Assembly: GCA_044339005.1 (NCBI GenBank)
Contig: JBIIWI010000001.1
Location: forward strand, 1-62,400
Origin: Ilumatobacteraceae bacterium
GTDB lineage: Bacteria > Actinomycetota > Acidimicrobiia > Acidimicrobiales > Ilumatobacteraceae
Direction: 5' to 3'
Length of the DNA: 62,400 nt
The notes under the pieces were generated by a model. It was not told where the DNA came from, searched no databases, and worked only from the letters and a program-made list of their open reading frames with translations. The translations under genes and the position numbers were made by a program. How positions within the stretch are numbered: the first letter of the stretch is position 1; every line of letters starts with the position of its first letter. Of this stretch, positions 29,116 through 36,511 are shown piece by piece.

Positions 29116-29139
29116 ACGCTTCACCTGTTTGTTGCCGCG

Positions 29140-30183
29140 ATGAAAAACGCGGAAAGCATTGTTCGCCTTGCATGGGCCGATTACGGAGATCCCCGGACAA
29201 TCGTTGAAATTGTTGAAGTCAGTGCGCACGTTTCAACTAATCACGTATTTCGGCTGCATCTCCATGATGGGTCGCACGTTGTTGGCAAGGTTTCGTCGTA
29301 CGGTTCGTACTTCTTGTTTGCCGAAGACCATGACAGGCTTTTCAAACTAGTGCAGTCATTGCAGAACTCTCGCTGGGCTGGTTTCCTTGCTCAAGTTCTC
29401 CCGCGCAATGGCCGTGCTTTTACGTGGTATGACGGAACATGCTGGGCGGCGTTCTACAACGATGTAGAAAGAGGAACACAGCTACCTCGGATCATCACAA
29501 ATGACGACATAGTTTTTCTCGCTCGGGAAATTGCATCGTTCCATAAGTCTTGTGCAGAGGCATCGCCGCACTTGCCCGCTACGTCTAACTCTGTCAAAGG
29601 TGATGCCATTCATCTACTGGAGCAACTGTCGAGCGAATTTGCACCCCGCAATTTTGACTTGCGCTTGAGTGATGTCGAGTATTTGCGAACATCAACCCAT
29701 AATTTTCTACAGCATCTAGAGGACATTCACTTTGACGAATGGAACAAGATACCCATCTTGGTCGACTGGAATCTTGGAAACTTTTCGGTGACTCAAGGTG
29801 AAGGTGCTGATAAACGACTATTTACGCGTTGGGATTATGACTGGTTTCGCATTGACACACGCATGCTGGACTTCTATTTTCTCTCACGAGCTGCTTCGCA
29901 CACTGGTGACAAAACTCATTTCACATACTCACCTCACACGCTGGTTGAGCCACGTTTCGTTGCCTTCTTGGAGGCATATCACTCTGTATATCCATTGACC
30001 AGGGCCGAGATTGAATTTCTTCCGTCGGCGTATCAATTTTTTATTTTGAACTATGTGATTCGGGAAGGTGCAAAGTTCTTCCGTTCAGATCTCAGTACTC
30101 GATTCCGCAAAGATGCTGTACGTCTGTATCTTCCGATGCTTGAGAATCTTGATATCTCACCGCTCTTACAAATAGTTCAGTAG
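29140..30183 (+). CDS. phosphotransferase-family protein (APH/CotS kinase-like fold)
   Basis: 347 aa. Brenner-like catalytic segment LVDWNLGNFSV and a downstream metal-binding-like RWDYDWF. Fold-level call only. Confidence 0.6.
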   Translation: MKNAESIVRLAWADYGDPRTIVEIVEVSAHVSTNHVFRLHLHDGSHVVGKVSSYGSYFLFAEDHDRLFKLVQSLQNSRWAGFLAQVLPRNGRAFTWYDGTCWAAFYNDVERGTQLPRIITNDDIVFLAREIASFHKSCAEASPHLPATSNSVKGDAIHLLEQLSSEFAPRNFDLRLSDVEYLRTSTHNFLQHLEDIHFDEWNKIPILVDWNLGNFSVTQGEGADKRLFTRWDYDWFRIDTRMLDFYFLSRAASHTGDKTHFTYSPHTLVEPRFVAFLEAYHSVYPLTRAEIEFLPSAYQFFILNYVIREGAKFFRSDLSTRFRKDAVRLYLPMLENLDISPLLQIVQ

Positions 30184-30186
30184 CTT

Positions 30187-30708
30187 TTAATCAGAGATTT
30201 TGCGAAGGTCTGTTCGAAATTTCTTTCCCTTTTCGACATAGATCATCGCACCCATCTCGATTTCGATTGATCGAGCACGCCCCTCTTTGATCGTTGCAGG
30301 ACTTCCAACCGCGAGCGCTCCCGGTGGAACAACAGTGTCATTGAGTACTACAGCATTTGCGGCAACTATGGCGCCAGTGCCGACAACTGCACGGTGTAAA
30401 ACAATTGCACCAGATGAAACCTGAGCCGAATTGGCAATTGTGCAGGATTCGAGATGAACAATGTGCCCAATCACGCAGTCGTCACCAACAACGGTTGGTT
30501 GATTGGGCATCGTGTGGATCACCGTGTTGTCTTGGATGCTGGTTCGTGCTCCGATAATGATTTCACCGTCATCACCGCGCAATACGGCACCTGGCCAGAT
30601 CGTTGACTCTGCACCAATTGTGACTGAACCGATGATCACCGCGTCGGGATGTACGAACGCACTTTCATGGATCACAGGCACTCGATCGCCGTAAGCGTAA
30701 ATAGTCAT
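30187..30708 (-). CDS. gamma-carbonic-anhydrase-family / hexapeptide-repeat protein
   Basis: The N-terminus ...VIHESAFVHPDAVIIGSVTIGAESTIWPGAVLRGDDGEIIIGARTSIQDNTVIH is typical of the YrdA/PaaY family. Confidence 0.88.
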   Translation of the reverse strand: MTIYAYGDRVPVIHESAFVHPDAVIIGSVTIGAESTIWPGAVLRGDDGEIIIGARTSIQDNTVIHTMPNQPTVVGDDCVIGHIVHLESCTIANSAQVSSGAIVLHRAVVGTGAIVAANAVVLNDTVVPPGALAVGSPATIKEGRARSIEIEMGAMIYVEKGKKFRTDLRKISD

Positions 30709-30776
30709 AATTTCTACGGTAGTTCCATGGCGATCTCATTGGAGAACTAGGTCATATGGCTGTACCGTAGAGCCCC

Positions 30777-32147
30777 ATGTCTCGCCGCCTCGACATAGAA
30801 CTCACCAGCAATCGCCAAGATGGAACTTGGACTTGGCGCGCCGCCGGAGCTAAATCGCCTAAGGGTGTGGTGAACGGTTCGTTACTGTCAGCCAATGCAA
30901 AGACTGGCGATGTTCTTAAGGTCGAGGCCGACTTTGATATCGATGGTATTTCAGTTCTGTCTGTTGTAAACATGCGCGAAAAAGGACAACGCGGTAATCT
31001 GCTCGAGTTGCTTGCAAGTGAAAAGTCATTTACACCTGTAACGCAAAAGCTTGCCGACAAGCCTAAATCCGATCGTAAGGGTGGACGCGATGCAAAAGGT
31101 AAGCGCGACGGCGATAGTCGTCCTGCTCGCCCACCACGCGATCCGAATGCTCCTCGCCGTCCAGCATCCACTCGTCCTGATGGCACAACTGGTCGTCCAG
31201 CACGACCATCACGACCGCACTTTACGGCACCTCCTGAGATGCCGAAGCGTCCGACAGCGAAGCGTCTGAAGCCAAAGCATGTTCATCGCACAGCAGTGCT
31301 TGAAACATTGCCAGTCGAACAGCGTGGCGTTGCAGAGCGTGCGCTTGAGGGTGGTATTAAGGCAGTTCGCGACGCAGTCAAGATTCAGAATGATCAACTT
31401 CGCAAAGATGGCAAACCAGAGGTTCCATCTGACGGCTTGATCTCCATGGCGCAGAATTTGTTGCCAAAACTCCGCGTTGCCGATTGGTTAGACAAAGCTG
31501 AAGCCGCTAAGTCTGACTTGGCAACACTTGATCTTCGCGATCTCCGCTCCGTTGTAGTGGCATCTGAAGATCCAATGGTGATGCGCGACGAAACCACTCG
31601 TGCACTCGCCGCCGAATTGAAAACTGCTCTCAAAGAGCGTCAAGACTCCGCGCAGACCTTGTGGTTGTCTGACATTACCGATGCTCTGAAAGTTGGACGC
31701 ACGGTTCGCGCATTGAAGATGACGAGTGAGCCGCCAAAAGCTGGTCAGCCGTTTCCATCCGAACTGGGTGCCAAGCTTGCACAGGCCGCTACTGCCGGAC
31801 TTACAACTGAAACTGCTCCAGATCGTTGGATCGCATTGCTCGAAGCTCTCGCGTTCTCGCCAATTCGTGGTCAAGTAAAGCTGACAACACTGCCACAGCA
31901 GCCTTCAGAGGCTCTGCTTGCCACAGTAAAGCGTCTTTCGTCGTTACTCCCCCAGATTGCTTCACTCTTTGGAATTGAAGTCTCGTCAGGTGTTTCTGCT
32001 CCACGTCCACTGCGTCCAACGCGTCCAGTTCGTGTAAAGCCTAAAACAGCACCTGCAAAACCTGCCGCAACGGATGCAGCTATTGCTGAGCCGGTAGTTG
32101 CTGCGCCAGCAGTCGCTGAGCCAGACGCACCGACTTCCGCTGAGTAG
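30777..32147 (+). CDS. hypothetical protein with an Arg/Lys/Pro-rich disordered core
   Basis: 456-aa ORF. It has a compact N-terminal region, a low-complexity segment (KSDRKGGRDAKGKRDGDSRPARPPRDPNAPRRPASTRP...), a helical C-terminal region and an Ala/Pro tail. Confidence 0.6.
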   Translation: MSRRLDIELTSNRQDGTWTWRAAGAKSPKGVVNGSLLSANAKTGDVLKVEADFDIDGISVLSVVNMREKGQRGNLLELLASEKSFTPVTQKLADKPKSDRKGGRDAKGKRDGDSRPARPPRDPNAPRRPASTRPDGTTGRPARPSRPHFTAPPEMPKRPTAKRLKPKHVHRTAVLETLPVEQRGVAERALEGGIKAVRDAVKIQNDQLRKDGKPEVPSDGLISMAQNLLPKLRVADWLDKAEAAKSDLATLDLRDLRSVVVASEDPMVMRDETTRALAAELKTALKERQDSAQTLWLSDITDALKVGRTVRALKMTSEPPKAGQPFPSELGAKLAQAATAGLTTETAPDRWIALLEALAFSPIRGQVKLTTLPQQPSEALLATVKRLSSLLPQIASLFGIEVSSGVSAPRPLRPTRPVRVKPKTAPAKPAATDAAIAEPVVAAPAVAEPDAPTSAE

Positions 32148-32170
32148 TCCTGATCTCATAGTCTGTAGAT

Positions 32171-32956
32171 ATGTCAGACGTCGTCAACTATGAAGTTCAA
32201 GGAAAAGTCGCACTCATCACTCTCAATCGTCCAGAGGCACGTAACGCAGTAAACGGCGACGTCGCTCAGGGTCTCGAGGCTGCCATCAACCAGATGGAAG
32301 AAGATACAAACGTTGTTATTGGAATTTTGCGCGCCAACACTTCTGGTCAGGAGCGCCCTGTTTTTTGTGCAGGTGCAGATCTGAAAGCAATCAACTCTGG
32401 TCAAGCAGGATCACTCAATACTGCCCTAGGTGGTTTTGGTGGCTTTGTCTATCGCCAACGTAAGAAGCCAATCATTGCTGCAGTTGACGGTCTCGCTACT
32501 GCTGGCGGTTGCGAAATCGTGCTTGCCGCAGACATGGTTGTTGCAACAACACGCTCGGCCTTTGGGCTCGCTGAAGTAATGCGCAACCTCATTGCTGGAG
32601 CAGGCGGTTTGTTTCGACTTCCCCGTGCCATTGGCCAAGCAAATGCGATGGAAGTGATTTTGACAGGACAACCTTTGTCGGCCGAGCGTGCATACGAACT
32701 GGGTCTGCTTAATCGTTTAGTTGAGCCAGGCAAAGCGGAAGAATCCGCATTTGAATTGGCATCACGGGTTTGTCTAGCTGCTCCTCTCGCTGTGTGGGCA
32801 TCGCGCAAGATTGTTCTTGCAGCGGCCTACGAGAACGACGAGACTCTGATCAACATGACAAATGCCGAGTTTGGAAAAGTCTTGCAATCAGAAGACACCA
32901 AAGAAGGCTTAATGGCATTTATCGAAAAGCGACCACCAGTGTGGCAGGGTCGTTAA
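32171..32956 (+). CDS. enoyl-CoA hydratase/isomerase (crotonase family)
   Basis: 261 aa. Contains ITLNRPEARNAV, FCAGADLK, GLATAGGCEIVLAADM and C-terminal EGLMAFIEKRPPVW. Confidence 0.9.
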   Translation: MSDVVNYEVQGKVALITLNRPEARNAVNGDVAQGLEAAINQMEEDTNVVIGILRANTSGQERPVFCAGADLKAINSGQAGSLNTALGGFGGFVYRQRKKPIIAAVDGLATAGGCEIVLAADMVVATTRSAFGLAEVMRNLIAGAGGLFRLPRAIGQANAMEVILTGQPLSAERAYELGLLNRLVEPGKAEESAFELASRVCLAAPLAVWASRKIVLAAAYENDETLINMTNAEFGKVLQSEDTKEGLMAFIEKRPPVWQGR

Positions 32957-33417
32957 AGAGTTTTTGAAGCAATGAGTAGGCGCGCTGGCATGCCAACGCG
33001 CTCGTAAAGATTCTTCATTTTTCTGTCTCCTGGCAGAGCAAGTCCGTCCAAAGTCTTGCAACCACGGCTCTTGGCAATACGGGCGAGTTCGGTAATTAAT
33101 CCAGCACCGATTCCAATTTGGCGAGCCATTTGGTCCACATAGATGTGGCTTACCGTGCAACTCATGCCTTCGACGTTGATGTCCCCTTTTGCGTAACCAA
33201 CTATTTGTCCCGACGTTTCTGCAACGAGCACATGGCAGGAGCTGCTGGAAACTGTTGGGACCCAATTGGGGTCAATGAGTGGATTTGCCGCCAGTAAAGA
33301 TTCGTGTCCCCGAAACGAGGCAATTTCCAGTCGCGCTTCAATTTCTAGACCACTCAAAGCAAAGGCATCGGCCGCTGTTGCACTGCGAACAGTAAACAGC
33401 GGAACTTTGCTTGTCAC
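32953..33417 (-). CDS. GNAT-family N-acetyltransferase
   Basis: 154 aa. Acetyl-CoA-binding segment VDQMARQIGIGAGLITELARIAKSRG (Q/RxxGxG/A). Confidence 0.8.
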   Translation of the reverse strand: MTSKVPLFTVRSATAADAFALSGLEIEARLEIASFRGHESLLAANPLIDPNWVPTVSSSSCHVLVAETSGQIVGYAKGDINVEGMSCTVSHIYVDQMARQIGIGAGLITELARIAKSRGCKTLDGLALPGDRKMKNLYERVGMPARLLIASKTL

Positions 33418-33422
33418 AAAAC

Positions 33423-33689
33423 TTATTGCTCGTCAGGCTTGTCGGCGGAAGAATTGTTTTGAAATTCCTCGACCATTTGTTTTACGCGCTGTGTACCAAT
33501 CTTGACTGCCATCTCGCCGATAACTCGAGCATTGCGAATCTCTTGATTGATCTTTGGCATTTCTTGATTTTTGACTTCTTCTACTTTCTTCGCGACCTGC
33601 TCAATGAACTCCGAATTATGCTCTACGGCATCGCGTGCAACGTCGCGACCGAGATTGGCGACGCGCTTAATTACTTGAACAATGGACAT
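33423..33689 (-). CDS. hypothetical small helical protein
   Basis: 88-aa ORF rich in charged residues. It overlaps the upstream gene by 19 nt. No motif recognised. Confidence 0.45.
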   Translation of the reverse strand: MSIVQVIKRVANLGRDVARDAVEHNSEFIEQVAKKVEEVKNQEMPKINQEIRNARVIGEMAVKIGTQRVKQMVEEFQNNSSADKPDEQ

Positions 33690-34171
33690 GCATCATCCTC
33701 GACAGGACAACCAGGTGCACTATTTCGAACGAGCAGGAAGCACTGAGTGCATTGAGTTTCGTCCGGGCGGCGTGGCTGTAGTCGTTCCATGCCGTCAGTT
33801 TTGTCATCGACAACAACTCCATCTTCTTCTTCGTCGTCGTCAAGAGGCGTGTCGTCTGCAGCGGTGAGCTTCTCTTTTAAGATCGAGTCAAGATCTGCTT
33901 CAACATCGTCTTCAGTGCGCAAATCGTCATCATCGTCATCGTCGTCGCTGCCCTTCTTGGCAACTGTGTCTGAAGTGACGGGAATTGCATCTGGATCTTC
34001 GGACTCATCAATTACAGCTAGGTCGTCAGTGAGGTCGTCGGCAAGTCCAAAAGCGTCTTCGTCTCCCTCGAGGCCTATTGAGTCGGCATCAAGTACTTCG
34101 GCATCTGGATCTACCTCGATCAGCATCGCTGGATCTAGGTCTTCTGCATCAATGATTTCGTCGTCTGACAT
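33671..34171 (-). CDS. acidic protein with a C-terminal Cys motif (DUF4193-like)
   Basis: 166 aa. The body is highly acidic, including an 8-Asp run. The C-terminus is CTQCFLLVRNSAPGCPVEDDACPLF. The family call is from memory. Confidence 0.6.
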   Translation of the reverse strand: MSDDEIIDAEDLDPAMLIEVDPDAEVLDADSIGLEGDEDAFGLADDLTDDLAVIDESEDPDAIPVTSDTVAKKGSDDDDDDDDLRTEDDVEADLDSILKEKLTAADDTPLDDDEEEDGVVVDDKTDGMERLQPRRPDETQCTQCFLLVRNSAPGCPVEDDACPLFK

Positions 34172-34230
34172 TCAATATCCCTTTCACTTGTCGCGCGAAC
34201 AATAGCCCAATTCACTACAAAAACAACGAA

Positions 34231-35832
34231 TTAGGTCTTTTGTCTCCTCGACTCAGATTTACGCTCAGAATCGAGCCTTTCAAGATCTGGCGCAACCATT
34301 GTCATATGGGACATAGCGGCGGCAATGGCAGTGTGACCGGCTTGCTGGGCAATCAAACGGTGCATCTCGAGGGCGACTCGCCGATATGCGGGATGACCTT
34401 GAGGGGCTGACCGTAATTCCAGCATGTGCATGGCTTCACGAGCGTTAAATTGCATTGAATAGCGGAGCCTGTAGGCCATGGAAACCGCATATGGCGCTTG
34501 CTCTGGATAGTCGGGTAACAGCGAGTCATACAGGGCTCCTGAGCGAGCCATAGCCTCTTCAAATTGCTCTCCCATGCCTGCTTCTGCCACAAGTTCAGGC
34601 ATGACAAAACCATGGTGCGGAGTCAATCGCTGCCACTCGATTGTGAGCAGTCGATGTCGCTGGAGGTCGCGAAATGCGCCGTAATCACCTAGTACATCGA
34701 AGCGATAATCAGTCCGCTCGAAAGCTCGTCCTGGTCTGTGTCGACGGTTTTCGCGATCTCCTACATAGGCGGTGATCAACTTGACCTTTTCTGCCTGATC
34801 AAGATTCTCAACACGTTTAAGCAATTGCGACTCAGGCAGATGTGAATGCGCGTAGCAAATTGCCGCTAGCAGCTTGTTCTCGCCATCGGGATCGAAATCT
34901 ACTAAAACGACTTCGGAAACGGGCTCTGGTTCGAGAGCTCCAAACATGTCGTCAACGAGTTGGCTTGTGTTTTCCCGATTTTCGGAAAGATACGAGCTCC
35001 ATCGTCCACCGCGTTCAGGTATGTCAACACGACGAAGGAAACTTGGTATGACTTTGCGTAATTCAACGAGCATCAAATCCGCGTAGTGACGAGCCTCTGG
35101 CAATGGATGTGAACGCATACGCAACAACATCGATTCATACGATTGCCCAGTCCCATACACGCCAACGTTTGAGAGCGCTGAAGCTGGAAGAATTCCTCGT
35201 ACGGCATCGAGTGCTTTAGCACGGGTTGCTTGTCGGTAAACAAAATCGGAATCGTTGATAGATCGAGGAATCGTCGAACGGACATGATCGGTAACCGATG
35301 TAACCAAACTGCTGTAGGTGTCAAACATGCGGTCCATGTCACCGACATACCGCGTACCAAATGGCCCATTCAGAATCTCTGGATCTCTGAAATAGCGATA
35401 ACGTCCGCCAAGACGATTGTCGTAGTTGATGTAGCGCGTACTTTGTTCCAAGTAGCTCATCAAACGGCCCCACTCAAGGATCTTCGTCAAGATATTGGAC
35501 GCTTGCTCGCAGGCCAAGTGAACACCACCCAACTGCGCTACTGAGTCATCGCCATATTCAACAAAAATCTTTTCGTATAAACCTTCTGCATGTGAAAGAC
35601 CTGCTCTCGCATCTACGCCTTGATCGCCGGTGAGATCAAGGTCATTAACGAATTCGTCGAGAAACAATCGCCTCAGGCTTTTTGAACTGCGACTGTAACG
35701 AGCGAACAATGCACCCTTCACAACCTCCGGGAGGTTGACGAGAGCAAAAACTGGGCCATCTAAATTCGTAAAATAACGAACCAATGTCTCGGCTTCAGAA
35801 TCGGTAAATACCTCGGGGATGTAGACGCTCAC
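34231..35832 (-). CDS. tandem-domain ThyX-like protein (flavin-dependent thymidylate synthase family)
   Basis: 533 aa, roughly twice the length of a canonical ThyX. The N-half carries SYLEQSTRY (Sx4SxRY). The C-half carries RHR (LQRHRLLTIEW). Confidence 0.65.
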   Translation of the reverse strand: MSVYIPEVFTDSEAETLVRYFTNLDGPVFALVNLPEVVKGALFARYSRSSKSLRRLFLDEFVNDLDLTGDQGVDARAGLSHAEGLYEKIFVEYGDDSVAQLGGVHLACEQASNILTKILEWGRLMSYLEQSTRYINYDNRLGGRYRYFRDPEILNGPFGTRYVGDMDRMFDTYSSLVTSVTDHVRSTIPRSINDSDFVYRQATRAKALDAVRGILPASALSNVGVYGTGQSYESMLLRMRSHPLPEARHYADLMLVELRKVIPSFLRRVDIPERGGRWSSYLSENRENTSQLVDDMFGALEPEPVSEVVLVDFDPDGENKLLAAICYAHSHLPESQLLKRVENLDQAEKVKLITAYVGDRENRRHRPGRAFERTDYRFDVLGDYGAFRDLQRHRLLTIEWQRLTPHHGFVMPELVAEAGMGEQFEEAMARSGALYDSLLPDYPEQAPYAVSMAYRLRYSMQFNAREAMHMLELRSAPQGHPAYRRVALEMHRLIAQQAGHTAIAAAMSHMTMVAPDLERLDSERKSESRRQKT

Positions 35833-35881
35833 GACGGGTAATCCTAGAAGTATTCACGGTCGTGGATTGGGATTAGGGGGT

Positions 35882-36511
35882 CTAGAAATAGATGCTCATC
35901 GCGTCCGCAAGGACTTTGCAACGAAACCACACAACGCCCTTATAAGTGAAGCCATCTGCGATCATTTGTGATGGACGACCCGACCATTGAAAATGATTTG
36001 AACGGCTCACCCGTAATTGTGGGTGCGGAATGTGTGAGCCAGTTGCAGACCGATGCCAGGCAAGAGCACGTTGCCTCAACGTGATTTTTGGGTCGATTTC
36101 AAGGACATCCATGAATCCGTCATTGGGATGTGCCCGAGGCAATACGTCTCTGTTGCGCAAAATACCGCTATTCGAAAGTATCAGCGACGTGGAAAGCGCA
36201 GTCCGTCTTTGCATTGCGAGCGTTCCTGCAACGATAAGAAAAATCGAATTCTCGGATGTGTCGGTACGGTATTCGAGTTGCATTAAGTCAATATTGACAA
36301 GCGTCATCTGTTGCTCGAGTTGAGAAGTATGAATAATCGATTCACGATTGAGTCCAAGTGCTTGAGCAATACTTCCCTTTGTGACTGTGCAAGGCGTAGC
36401 CCTTGCGTCAGAATTAAAGTGTCGCGCAACTTCGTAATCGCTGTGCTTCGTAACAAGATTTGACGGGCGCGAAGCTGGCGTGCCGTATGGTCCGAGCTTG
36501 CGTATCGTCAT
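35882..36511 (-). CDS. hypothetical protein resembling the C-terminal half of DAGK/YegS-type lipid kinases
   Basis: The start was chosen at the ATGA overlap with the helY stop. PRAHPNDGFMDVLEI...ADGFTY resembles the DAGK accessory domain. No GGDG nucleotide-binding motif is present. Confidence 0.45.
   Translation of the reverse strand: MTIRKLGPYGTPASRPSNLVTKHSDYEVARHFNSDARATPCTVTKGSIAQALGLNRESIIHTSQLEQQMTLVNIDLMQLEYRTDTSENSIFLIVAGTLAMQRRTALSTSLILSNSGILRNRDVLPRAHPNDGFMDVLEIDPKITLRQRALAWHRSATGSHIPHPQLRVSRSNHFQWSGRPSQMIADGFTYKGVVWFRCKVLADAMSIYF

Noticed and set aside
33923-33946. A 24-nt run of GAT/GAC-complement triplets (atcgtcatcatcgtcatcgtcgtc) that resembles a simple-sequence repeat.
   Set aside because: It encodes the 8-Asp run of the acidic DUF4193-like protein in frame. 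It is an imperfect triplet mixture, so it is coding low-complexity rather than a contingency-type repeat.
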